60,000 bases of DNA from Callorhinchus milii. Lineage: Eukaryota. Shown piece by piece: positions 27,408 to 39,711 of this stretch (positions are counted from its first letter, which is position 1; each line of letters starts with the position of its first letter). A model generated the notes under the pieces. It was not told the DNA's origin. It saw only the letters and a list, made by a program, of their open reading frames with translations, and ran no database searches. The stretch is taken from NCBI RefSeq assembly GCF_018977255.1, contig NW_024704742.1, forward strand, positions 41,170,001 through 41,230,000, in the 5' to 3' direction. Made by a program: the position numbers and the translations under genes.

Positions 27408-27728
27408 ACTAATAATAATCCTTGCATTTGATATAGCGCCTTATCACGTCTTCGAGACATCTCAAAGCACTTCACAGAATATACTGTAAAGTGAATTGAC
27501 TGTATATTTGTGGGGGAAACGCGGCAGTCAATTGTGCACAAGCAGTGTCCCACAAACAGTCATGGATTGAAGTGACCAATTTATTATTTTTTTCTTGAAG
27601 GATTATTATCAGGCGTGTGGAGTAACAAAACTTGCCCAAGGTTTCACCCTGCTGGGAATCGAACCCAGGTCTCTCGTTTGTGAGGCTTGCGAGGCGAGTG
27701 CTCTAACCACTGAGCTATGGGACTCCAC
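27408..27728 (-). mobile_element. tRNA-derived SINE, older tail variant
   Basis: Same head and body as the other copies; tail gagatgtctcgaagacgtgataaggcgc. Confidence 0.85.
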
Positions 27729-27954
27729 ATATTCACTGCATCATCAGGACTGCCCAAGGCACCACAAAGTGGTGGTGGCAGAGTCCATTGTAGGTTTCAA
27801 GCAGGAATATATGACGGGTATGAAGGGTAGAGGCATGAAGGGGTATGGGGATAAGGCCAGTGGAATTGAAAGTGGAGCTGGTGCAGAATCAACTCTGCTT
27901 TCAACCCAGCTCTACTTTCAACCCAGAGACCTGGGTTCGATTCCCACACCAGGC

Positions 27955-28340
27955 TCCGTGACCCGATCACCCCCATCCTCGCCCGACTCCACTGACTTCC
28001 CATCACACAGAGGATACAGTTCAAGATCCTGGTCTTCACGTTCAAAGCCCTCCATGGTCTTGCTACCCTCTACCTCTGCGACCTCCTAACCCCCTACCAA
28101 CCTGCCCGCTCCCTCTGCTCAGCAGGCTCTGGCCTGCTTCACGTGCTCCACCTCACCCGCCCCACGATTGGTGGGCAGGCCTTCTGCCCCTACCCTCTGG
28201 AACTCCATCTCAAGACCCTCCTCTTCAATCTTGCCTTCGGTCACCATCCTCCCACCTGCCCCCCAGCCTCCCTGATCCCGATCCAAAACATTGATTGTCG
28301 CTTTGCGATGTCCTCCTGACATGAAAGGCGTTATAAAAAC
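27955..28340 (+). mobile_element. L2 3' fragment
   Basis: Nucleotide similarity to the other family-A L2 3' ends. Confidence 0.8.
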
Positions 28341-29119
28341 CTGATGTCTCAATGTGCCAAATGGTCTCCTTCTGCTCTGTAAATTTCTACAATTCCATGA
28401 TTTTTCCAATGATTGTTTTTGTCATCAAATGTAGTGGCACTAATTTGTTCTAATAGCAGCCATAAGGTGAATAACCAATTAATGTGGAGGATTATTGGCT
28501 AGGACATTCAGAGAAATTCCCTTCTCTTTTCAAAAATGCATCATGGTATCTTTAATATTCACTTGAACAGACAAAGAGAGCCTCACTTTAATGTTTCTTT
28601 TGAGATCAAGAACTCTATAGCACAGAACTGATGCTTTTCCAATCCCCGCAGGTCACCCATATGACCTCTCTGAGTGAGACTCCAATTTGTGTCAGAGAGA
28701 GTAGCTTGTGAGCTATGAGAATGTGTCAAGTACAAATTGGTTGAACCGTCCTAATTTTATTTCACATGGGATCCTGACACACTTCACTCCTCTGCGTTTT
28801 TATTTCAAGTTACATCCTTGACGCTTTTGCTATTCATACAATTACAAATGGTCCCGAGGAATGACTCGGAAGGCGAGGAAAAGGCAGCCACTGGGTGTAA
28901 GCAGGCAGATTTAATAATAACACAATAGAATATCACCGCACAGATACTCGGAGGGGGAAGGACAAAATAGCTCATGCAGGACAGTTGTTACTGTGAAAAT
29001 AAATCTCAGGATTAGTGAGAAAACGGTTGATTTAAAAAAAGGCTCTCTCTGACTCAGTGGAGGATGCTAGTTGAAGTTCAAGATTTTTGTGTTGTTTCTT
29101 CCACAACCCCCCCCCCCCA

Positions 29120-29470
29120 ACAACTCACATTTATATAGCGCCCCTCACACAGGGCAATGTCCCAGAGTGCTTGACAATGGCGGAGCACAATGCCAAGCCA
29201 GGGGGAATAGTGGAACGGAGGGCATGAGGGATAAGCAGGAGGCTGGAGCCAGTCGAACGGAGGCAACAGGTAGTGGGTTGGGAGTAAGCCGGTCGGAGAG
29301 GTAGGGAGGTGCCAGGTCATTAAAGGATTTGAAAATGAGTGTGAGGATCTTGAAATCGATCCGTTCGGCGATAGGGAGCAATCGGAGCCTGTGTGATTGG
29401 GGTATGCAATTTTGTACGGGTGAGTATGCGGGCGGCGGAGTTTTAGATCAGCTGGATCCTGTGCATGGTG
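29120..29470 (-). mobile_element. L2 3' fragment (family B)
   Basis: LPIAERIDFKILTL. Confidence 0.78.
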
Positions 29471-30139
29471 AAGCTGGTTCAAGCTCCATGTTGGGCCTTT
29501 TATCTCACAGTCCAGGCTGACACTCCAACTCAGTGCTGGAGGTGTGCTGAATTATCGTGATTGCCTGTTCAGGTGGAAGCTAAAGTTCCTAAGGCACGAT
29601 TCAAAAAGAAAAGGGAGTTTCTTCCAGTGTCCTGGCTAACAATCCCTCAGGTGAAATTGATCATTCACCTTATGGCTGTTGGTGGGGCATTGTTATCCAC
29701 AAATTATCTACCACGTTTGCCTACAACCTTTACAGTATATCCTGTGAAATGCTTTGAGATGTCTTCTTGACGTGAAAGGTGCTATACAAAATGTAAGGAT
29801 TATTCATTATTTTAAAACCTGAGCCTTGCTGTCCATAAACTTTGGCGATGGTTTTATGAACTTTCACAGCTGCTTTACAAACCTTTTCAGAAGCATTGGT
29901 TACGTTAGGTGTGTAAAAGTTGACAGTCCGCCAAGAAAACAAAATTCTCTTAATTTATCACACTGCTCATTCCCTGAATCATTGATGGTAAAGCATCCTT
30001 GTCTTAGGCAAGCAAAACTCATTCCGATGAGCTGTTGTTTTTACGCTGCTCTTTGTCACACTGACCAAAGAGTATAACAAGCTGAAAAAATCTTGAATGG
30101 AGGGAAAAATGTCTACATTCCTTTGCTCTTGGCTTAATT

Positions 30140-30520
30140 CTTAATCGAGTTCAAGATGGCTCTCTTGTCAACAAATCCCTTCACGCCCTGGCACCTCCCT
30201 ACCTTTCTGACCTCCTTTCTCCTCATTCCATTACCCGCTGCCTCTGCTCGGCTGATTCTGGCCTCCTGTTTGTCCCTCGTCCCCTTTACTCCACCATCAG
30301 CAGCCGCGCTTTCAGCCACTACACTCCGAAGCTTTGGAACTCTCTCCTTCAACCCACCACCTTGTCCCCTCGCTCCCCTCTTTTGGATCACAATTAAAGA
30401 CCTTCCTCTTCGACGGTGCTTAGGGTCACCTCCTCCCTGCCCCAGGCTCTGGGTCACTGTTAAGCGCTCCGAGACGCTGCCCGGCGTGAAAGGCGCAATA
30501 TAAATGCATGTTATTGTTGA
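30140..30520 (+). mobile_element. L2 3' fragment (family B)
   Basis: Tail aagcgctccgagacgctgcccggcgtgaaaggcgc, as in the 8197 copy. Confidence 0.78.
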
Positions 30521-31799
30521 ATGGCATCATCTATAAAAGTGTACAAGAGGGAACAAGTTGTTGAGTGCAGATTCTCCTGAAGCCCATGTTACGATCAAAC
30601 AAATGACAGATTGTCAAAAGTAAAATATTCATAACAGCTACAAGCAAATGACATTAAAAGGAGCATTGGGATTCTCCTTGTCAGGTAACAATAACTAAAT
30701 GCTCTAATTGTGCTGACGGCTGCCACCATTAGAGGAAGAATTGTACAGGCAAAAGCTTTCATTTTAAGTGCTATAATTGATGGAATTGTGTGTACATGCT
30801 TACTCATTCTTTTGCTATTACTTAATATAAATGGCGTCCCTTTTGGAAAAAAATATAAAGTATTTGCAACTTTGTAAACTTTTTGCATCCGGTAAATGAT
30901 GCACGAGCAATTTCTGCAATACTGCACTGTATGAGAACATAAACTTCTGTATCAAGGATCTTAAAACACCATCCCTCACAATTCAAAATAAAAACGTAGC
31001 AAGGCAGAGTCACTCTGGAGAAATTGGAATGCTACATATGCATTACACATGCAAAGCCAAAAATGATTGTGAGGGTCTTTCTAAATCTGCAAAGTCACCA
31101 ATAAACAATATGTTTATTTATACATATTTGGGGCAGCAAAGAAATCTGAAATACAATGCCATCGTGCACGTTTAACAGCAACTAATACATTTGTTCACTT
31201 TCAGGACGATCTATACTCGCATGTTCAAACCTACCAACACAATGAAGAATGTAACAGTCACCACATTACAAACTAATCAATGGAGAATATGGATGTTTAG
31301 AAATCAATTCCTCACAATAAATACATCACTGAGCACACTGACCTTTTAAATGCATCATTAATAGCCTCCCCCCATCCCAACCCCACACACACCTTGAATT
31401 CTGGACACCCTTTCAGCAGTCAGAAATAGGTACACAAACCAGCTTTGAGTTAGCAAGTTTCATTCAAAAATGTCCAGCAACTGTTCATGTAAAGGCCTGG
31501 ACTTTGAAATGATTGTTTACCATATCTCACACAATACACACGCAGCTAAAGATAGCACTGCCATCAATCACTGGAGTTTACCTGATGCGCAGTTCTGTAA
31601 TATCCACACACACACACACAATACACAGCAAAAATGTAAGATACATTATTCCCCACATGCTTTGAGTACAACTATAATTGGCATTTTTCAAAAATTAATC
31701 AGCCAGGGCATTGCTTCCACAGCCCAGTACATACAGCTACATCGTAAAGTCATAAGCAGCAAAACAACCCCGGCTGTACATATTCCATCATTACTCTAC

Positions 31800-31848
31800 C
31801 TGAGTCTGTAAGACTAGAGCAGCAGTTCATGAACACAATGTCTTCCAT
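31800..31848 (-). CDS. Putative first coding exon of the LDB-like gene: MEDIVFMNCCSSLTDS(G)
   Basis: ATG in strong Kozak context (ggagATGG), 16 codons + 1 nt, then CAG|gtagag. Phase 1 joins in frame to exon 21882-21990. It sits in a repeat-free, CpG-containing block (~31800-32450). Confidence 0.5.
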
Positions 31849-32854
31849 CTCCAGAGGGAATGGACCTCAGATGATGAGGGGTGGACTGTGACCGGCAGAG
31901 GGGTGCGCTGTACTGAGGATGTAACCGAAGGCTGTGCAGTGTCAGTGAGTGGCTCAGCCTGCTCGAGCTGGGTTCATGCTGTGCCACTTGTGAGAGGATG
32001 GATGATATAATCTCTTGAATGAAAAAAATGTCTCTCAGGGGGCAGCCTCCCTTATACAGCATAATCCAGAACCCAAACAATTCATCAAACTTCACTCGAC
32101 AGCCATTTGTGCAGACAATGGTGTTGCATTTTCTACTTTCTGCTCATTTAAGCCTATCTGCTGCTCTGGAGTTTGTGCCTGACATATTGATTTCTCCACT
32201 GTACATGTGACCCGTAGAGACACGCTGTGCACCGGAACCGCAGCCACTAAGTGAGGCTACACCAGAGCACAAACACGTAAAGCAAAACTCCGCCGCAAAG
32301 ACAGTGTTACAAACTAGTTTGATTTATTTAATGCGTCAAACTGTCAGAACACTACAGTTTCTTGAATTCCCCTTTCTCTGGTGCGCGCACTCACTCACAC
32401 TGTGAGTCTGTGCCCATGTATGGCCTGGGGCTCTGCACTGTCTATAATTACTGCTGTATAGAAAATGACAGCCACCAACTTATGATTCTCTACGAGTAGA
32501 TGCAGAATGATAGGGGTTACAGTGACCTTTTACTAAACTGTACATGCCAGGAGTGAATACCGTTTTACTGTTTTCATCTGGTTCAATTAGCAACTGGCTC
32601 TCTCAGGACAACCAACAAGGCAGAACATTTCAATTTGTCTTTGTCCCTCACCTGTCAGAAGGGAAGTTTCCTTTCTCGCTCTCCTTTTGCCCTCTCCTCT
32701 TTCTGGGGAAGCTCACCCAATAACCAACATGAACCTCTTTAGACAGGGTTCATTCCAACAACCTCAACAACTTGCATTTATATAGCATCCTTCATGCAGG
32801 GTAGCGAACAGTGGTGGAGCCTGAAGCCAAGCCGGTGGGGGGAATGTGACTGTA

Positions 32855-33020
32855 AGTCCTATAGCTCAGTGGTTAGAGCACTCGCCTTGCAAGCGGGAGA
32901 CCTGGTTTCGATTCCCAGCAGGGTGGAACATTGGGCAAGTTTCCTTACTTCACACGCCTCTGTTCACCTAGCAGTAAGTAGGAACGCAGTTGTAAGTCCA
33001 TTAGGATCACCTTTCTGGGG
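32855..33020 (+). mobile_element. 5' part of tRNA-derived SINE
   Basis: tagctcagtggttagagca...ggtttcgattccc head followed by the SINE body. Confidence 0.75.
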
Positions 33021-33119
33021 GAGGATTAAACCGGAAACCCTTTCTCAACTGATTGCTTAGTTCTACACTGCATGGCACAACATGTGAACTTTCATTGCTA
33101 CAATGACTTTTCACCCTTG

Positions 33120-33490
33120 TGTCAGCCTGGCTCAGTTGGTAGCGCTCTTACGTTTGAGTAAGAGGGTTGTGTATTCCAGCCCCGAGTGAGGATTTGGAAC
33201 CCGTATAGTTCATGCTGACATTCCAATGCAATGCTGATGACGTGCTGTATTGTTTGAGGTGCCATCTTTCAGATGAGAAGTTAAACTGAGGTCCTGTTTG
33301 CCTGTCCAGATGAATATTAAAGATGCTATACACTATTTGACAAGAGGAGTTTCTCCTGCTGTCCTGGCCAGCAATCCTCCACATATCACTCACGATTGTT
33401 TGTGAGACATTGCTGTGTCCAAAATTGGCAGCTGCACACTGCCCATCAATTTACAGTATAGCATGTGAAGCACTTTGAGATGTCTCAATG
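33120..33490 (+). mobile_element. Deu-domain SINE
   Basis: tRNA-like head ggctcagttggtagc, Deu core and tail. Confidence 0.75.
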
Positions 33491-33809
33491 ACATAATAAT
33501 AATAATAATAATAATCCTTGCATTTGAGCACATGTTAAGGTGCTATATCAAAATGCAAGGAATATTATGCAAAAACATTTAAAGCGCTTCAACAAGTAAT
33601 TGCTGTCAGGTGTAGTGGCTGTTTTGCAGGTTAAATTGGCAGCCATTTGCACCAGCAAATTTGTACAGAATAGAGCCATGTGGTGAATGACCAATTAACT
33701 TGGATGATTATTGGCCAGAAAACTGGAGCAAATGTCTTTCTGTTTTTGAAATGTCATGAGATTTTTAACATCCATCCGAAGAACAGAGAGCCGGGAACTT
33801 TATAATAGT

Positions 33810-34125
33810 ATAATCCTTGCATAATAGTAATAATAATAATAATTTTGCACCTTATCATATCATTGAGACATCTCAAAGTGCTTCAGAATATATTGTACAT
33901 TTGTATATTGTATATTGATTGTATATTTTTTGGACGATTCGCAGCAGCCAGTGGCAAACAATGTCTTGGATTGATTGACCAAATTTTTGTTTATTATTAC
34001 TGACGGAAAGGGATCCGCCAATGGACTAACAACCAGGTTCCTACTTACTGCTAGGTAAAAAGAGCCTTGTGGAGTAAGGAAACTTGCCTAAGGTTTTCCC
34101 TCGCTAACCACTATGCTATAGCATT
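33810..34125 (-). mobile_element. tRNA-derived SINE, degraded long variant
   Basis: Similarity to the other copies. Confidence 0.7.
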
Positions 34126-34992
34126 GCACTATGAAATCTTAAACTTTTTATCTGAAAGATGTCACTTCTGACAATGCAGCACTCCCCCAGTACAACACTG
34201 GATTGTCAGTAGCTTTGCAAACAGAGCCATCAGTGGGAATTTTTATCTAGGTTATTTTAGTACTTTTCTCCGTGATCCTTTTGTTTGTTTTCACACATTC
34301 CACAATCTCCACAGCTAAGAGATGAGGGCAGGTAATCTTCTCCCAAGCCTTTGTTAATCCTGCTTTATAGCTAACTATCCTGCCATGAACCATTGCATCT
34401 CCAAAGATGAGACCAAACTTGATGAATTAAAAGCACAGATAGACACATATGGGTATGATCTAGTAGCCATCACTGAAACATGGTTACAAAGAGATCTAGG
34501 GTGGGAGTTAAATATTCCAGGGTTCTCAGTTTACAGGAAAGATAGGCACTGTGGGTAAAGAGGTGGGTGGGTAGGGTTAGCCCTGTTAATTAGGGATGAA
34601 ATAAAAGCAGTGGAGAGGAAGGATCTGAAATCCGATGACCAGGAGGTCGAGACAATATGGGTGGAAATAAAAAATAATAAAGGGCAGAAAATATTAATGG
34701 GAGTGGTTTATAGACCCCAAACAGCGATCACAATATAGCACAGGATATCAATCAAGAAATCAGTGGAGCATGTAGGAAAGGTAAAGCGATAATAGTGGGT
34801 GATTTCAATCTCCACATAGATTGGAAAAACCAAATCGGCAAAAGTAGGTTAGAAGAAGAGTTCATTGAGTGTACGAGAGATAATTTTCTAGAGCAGCATG
34901 CAGAGGAACCAACTAGGGGACAGGCCATCCTAGACCCTGTTTTGTGTAACGAAACAGAGCAAGTTGGCAGTGTAGGTATTAAGAATCCTCTA

Positions 34993-37636
34993 CAACAACA
35001 ACAACAACAACAAGATTCCATTTATAAAGCGCCTTTCACGTCAGGAGGACGTCCCAAGGCGCTGCACAGTTGGGTCATGACCCGAGCAGGGGGGAAATGG
35101 TCAGGGTGAGGGGAGGGAAGGGAGGGAGCGAGGAGGGGGGAAATGGTCAGGGTGAGGGGAGGGATGGGAGGGAGCGAGAAGGGGGAAGAGAGTCGAGAGG
35201 GGAGCTGAAGGCTCGGTCACAGAGAAAGGTTTTGAGACCGGCCTTGAAGGAGGAGAGAGAGGAAGCAAGGCGAAGGCACTGGGGGATAGAGTTCCAGAGC
35301 CTCGGGGCTGAGAGGCTGAAGGCCCGACCACCGATGGTAGGGCGGTTGGGGCGGGGGACGTGGAGCAGACCGGAGCCGGAGGAACGGAGGGTACGGGCAG
35401 GTAGGTAGGGGGATAGTAGGTTGGAGAGGTAGGAGGGAGCAAGGCCGTGAATGGCCTTGTAGGTGAGGATGAGGATCTTGAAATCAATCCTCTGGGGGAT
35501 GGGGAGCCAGTGGAGGCGAGCGAGGGTGGGAGTGATGTGGTCCCGAAGCCTGGTGCGGGACAGTACACGAGCTGCAGAGTTCTGAATGACCTGCAGCTTG
35601 TGGAGGGAGGTGGCGGGAAGGCCGGCGAGGAGAGAGTTCCCATAGTCCAGCCTTGAGGTGACAAAGGCGTGGACCAGGGTTTCAGCAGCGTGAGGGGTGA
35701 GGTAGTGCCGTAGTCTGGCGATGTTCCGGAGGTGATGGAAGGCGGTGCCAGTTGTGGTGCGGATGTGAGGGAGAAAGGACAGCTCAGGGTCGAACAAAAC
35801 GCCGAGGTTCCTGACTGGCTTTGAGAGGTGGAGAGTGCAGCCTTGGATGCTGATGGTGTCGGCGCCTGAGGTGCGGAGGCGCTGACGTGAACCAATCAGG
35901 AGGGCCTCGGTTTTTCGCACGTTGAGCTGAAGAAAGTTGTCTCTCGTCCAGGACTCGATGTCGGACAGGCAGGCTGTCAGGACATCGGTGGTCGTGGAGT
36001 TGAGAGTAGAGGAGGAAAGGTAGAGTTGGGTGTCATCCGCATACATGTGGAAGTTAACTCCATGTCTGCGGATGATGTCACCAAGGGGGAGCATATAGAG
36101 GGTGAAGAGGAGGGGACCGAGGACAGAGCCCTGAGGGACACCACATGAGACAGTACGGGGGGTGGAGGAGAAGCCATTCGTCGAGACAAAGTGAAGACGG
36201 TGAGAAAGGTACGACCTAAACCATTCAAGGACAGTGCCTTGAAGGTTGAGGTGGGAGGACAAGCGGTGGAGTAGGATAGCGTGGTCGACCGTATCGAATG
36301 CTGCCGATAGGTCGAGGAGGACGAGGAGGCAGAGGGAGCCCTGGTCACAGATGGTCAGGATATCATTGGTGACCTTGACCAGGGCAGTTTCTGTGCTATG
36401 GGCAGCACGGAAACCTGACTGAAGGGGTTCGAAAAGAGAATGGGTGGAAAGGAAAGAGCGCAGTTGGGAGGCGACAACTCTTTCCAAGACCTTGGAGAGA
36501 AAGGGGAGGTTGGAGATGGGCCGGTAGCTTGATAGCTGCGACGCATCAAGGGAGGGTTTTTTCAGGGTGGGCGTGATGGTGGCAGTTTTTAAGGGAATGG
36601 GGACAGAGCCAGAGGAGAGGGACAGGTTGATGATGTCAGTGATATGTGGGGCAAGAAAGTGGAGCTGGGAGATAAGGAGTGGAGTGGGGATGGGGTCAAG
36701 GGAGCAGGTGGTTGGTTTTAGGGATAGGATGAGTTCAGTGACAGAGGGTGGGGAAACGGGTACAAAAGTGTGTAGGGGAGGATGGGTAGGAGTCGGAGTG
36801 TGGGAGTGAGGGGGTGGGGGTTGGTGGATGTTGGAGGGGAAGTGACCGCGGAGCGATTCCCTTGATCTTGGATTCAAGGAAATCCAGCATCTCCTCGCAG
36901 TGAAGGTTGGAGGAGATGACCTGCGCGGGGTGGCGGGGGGGACGGAGGAGTCGGGTTGTGGTGGAAAACAGTAGCCTGGGGTTGTTCTTCGCCTCCAGGA
37001 TTATCCTGGAGTAGAAGGACGACTTGGCCGAGGCTAGAGTGGAGCGGTAAATTTTGAGGAGGTCCAGCCAGATTTGTCGGTGGACCGTTAGGCCAGATTT
37101 GGCACAGGTGCGTTCAGCAGCCCGCACCTGGCTCTTCAGTGAGCGGAGGTGGGTGGTGTACCAGGGGGAGGAGCGGGAGTAGGAGACAGTGCGGGAAGTG
37201 ATGGGGGCAAGAGTATCGAGTGTGGAGGAGAGGGTATTGTGGAGGAGGGAGAGAGGAGAAGAGGGGTCGGTGAGGGTTGAAGGCCAGAGGGAGAGGAGTT
37301 CAGAGGACTCCAAGGCATCGGTTAGGGATTGTGGGGGTAACTTCTTCCAAGGGCGGTAGAAGATGGTGGTGGGTCTGGTGGAGGTGGGGAGGAGGGTGGA
37401 GGTGGTGAAGGAGATGAAGTAGTGGTCAGAGATGGCCTTGTCGGTAATAGTGACATCCGAGACACTGAGGCCCCGGGTGATCACCAAATCGAGTGGGTGG
37501 CCGTGACTGTGAGTGGGGGAGTTTATGTGTAAGGAGAGGTTGAGTGAGGAGAGCAGGGAAGAGAAGTCTGTGGAGATGGAGCAGGAGGGGGTGAAGTGTA
37601 GGTTAAAGTCGCCCAGGATGATGAGGCGATCAGAGC
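34993..37636 (-). mobile_element. Young 5'-truncated L2 LINE (partial endonuclease + full RT) nested in the CR1
   Basis: ORFs 36735-37487 and 35147-36877 with [50 protein letters not shown]; 3' stem-loop and (TTG)n tail at ~34993-35060. Confidence 0.95.
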
Positions 37637-39381
37637 AGAGTGATCACAATATGATTGTATTCTGCATTAAGTTAGAGAGGGATATAGTTAAATCCGAGGC
37701 AAGTATTCTGAATTTAAATAGGGCTAATGTTGTAGGTATGAGGAAAGATTTAGGTAAAATAGACTGGAGAATAAGATTAAGAGGTAAAAATGTAGACCAA
37801 CAGTGGCAAATATTTAAGGATGTAGTGCAACATTCTCAGCGGTCGCATATTCCCTTGCGGAATAAGAGTACCACAGGGAAAGCAATTCATCCGTGGCTAA
37901 CTAGAGCAGTTAGGGAAAGCATCAAATTAAAAGAAAAAGCTTATAAAACTGCCAAGAAAGGCGGCAAATCTGAAGATTGGGAGAGTTTTAGAAACCAGCA
38001 AAATAAAACTAAAAAACTCAATAAGAGCGAGAAAAAGGGAGTAAGAGGGTAGGAACATTAAGTCTGATTGTAAAAGTTTTTACAAATATATTAAGAGGAA
38101 TAGGCTAGTGAGGGTAAATGTAGGTCCACTTCAGTCAGAGATGGGAGAAGTTGTAATGGGGGACAAGGACATGGCAGAGTCCCTAAATGGGTACTTTGCA
38201 TCTGTCTGCACCCTAGAAGACACAACAAGTCTACCAACAGTAGAAATGCACCAAAGGGATAAGGAAAGGGATAACTTAGGGAAATTTTCATTAGTAGAGA
38301 ATTGGTGATTGGGAAACTGTTAGCACTAAAAAGTGACAAATCCCCTGGTCCGGATGGCTTGCATCCCAGGGTTTTAAAAGAGGTAGCTTATGAGATAGTG
38401 GAGGCCTTGTGTCTGATCTTCCAAAATTCCTTGGATTCTGGAACAGTCCCCATGGATTGGAAGATCGCAAATGTCACACCACTATTTAAAAAAGGTGGAA
38501 AGGAAAAGATGGGGAACTATAAGCCAGTTAGTCTCACATCAGTGATAGGAAACATTTTAGAATCATTAATTAAGGATGTGGTAGTGCAGTATTTAGGGAA
38601 GCACAATATAATTAGGCCAAGTCAACATGGCTTTACAAAAGGGAAGTCATGTTTGACAAATCTCATAGAGTTTTTTTAGGATATTTCCAGTAAACTAGAT
38701 AAGGGTGAATCAGTGGATGTGGTCTATTTGGACTTCCAGAAGGCATTCGATAAGTTGCCACATAAAAGGTTAGTCCAAAACATAAGGGCCCATGGAATTG
38801 CGGGGAGCATATTAACGTGGATTGGGGAATGGTTAACGGGTAGGAAACAAAGAGTAGGGATAACGGGTCATTTTCAGATTGGCGGGATGTGACTAGTGGA
38901 GTGCCACAAGGATCAGTCCTTGGGCCTCAGCTATTTACATCTACATCAACGATCTAGATGAGGACATCGAAGTTAATATATCTAAATTTGCGGATGACAC
39001 AAAACTAGGAGGAAGTGTCAACACAGAGGACGACATTAAAAAAATGCAATGAGACATAGATAGGTTAGGTGATTGGACAGGTAGGTGGCAGATGAAGTAT
39101 AATGTAGGGAAGTGCGAAGTCATCCACCTAGGTAGCAAAAACAGTAGAGCGGGTTATATTTTTAGAAGGGGAGAGATTGGAATGTATTCGCGTCCAGAGG
39201 GACTTGGGAGTCCTTGTCCACCAATCACAGAAAGTTAGTCTACAGGTGCAGCAGCAATTAGGAAGGCGAACGTTATGTTAGCATTCATTATGAAAGGATT
39301 AGAGTATAAGAGTAGGGAAATCTTGCTGCAACTGTATAGGGCCTGTGTCCAGTTTTGGTCTCCTCATTTAAGGATGTAGGA

Positions 39382-39711
39382 CAGTGGAGTCCTGTAGCTC
39401 AGTGGTTAGAGCACTCGCTTTGCAAGCGAGAGACCTGAGTTCAATTCCAGGCAGGGCGAAACCTTGGGCAAGTTTCCTTACTCCACACGCCTAATAATAA
39501 TCCCTCCAAAACCAAAAACAATAATTAAATTGGTCATTTTCAATCTATGACTGTTTGTGGGACATTGCTGTGCGCAATTGGCTGCCGCGTTCGCCCACAA
39601 ATATACAGTCAACTCACTTTACAGTATATTCTGTGAAGCGCTTTGGGACGTCCTCCCGACGTGAAAAGCGCTATATCAAATGCAAGGATTATTATTATTA
39701 TTATTATTATT
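39382..39711 (+). mobile_element. Full-length tRNA(Ala)-derived SINE with L2-type 3' tail and (TTA)n, inserted in CR1
   Basis: A box tagctcagtgg, TGC anticodon-like loop, B box gagttcaattcc; body gggcaagtttccttactcc; tail gcgctttgggacgtcctcccgacgtgaaaagcgc. Near-identical copy at 45975-46280. Confidence 0.9.

Noticed and set aside
34795..35109. Poly-Q-containing ORF
   Set aside because: Read-through from the CR1 endonuclease into the (CAA)n tail of the inserted L2.
35147..36877. 576-aa reverse transcriptase ORF as a host gene or novel RT system
   Set aside because: Ordinary L2 ORF2: 5'-truncated, with the family tail and many related fragments in the window.
39387..39460. tRNA-Ala-like sequence (also ~32860, 27650, 44110, 46220)
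   Set aside because: Each runs directly into a SINE body, so these are SINE heads rather than tRNA genes.
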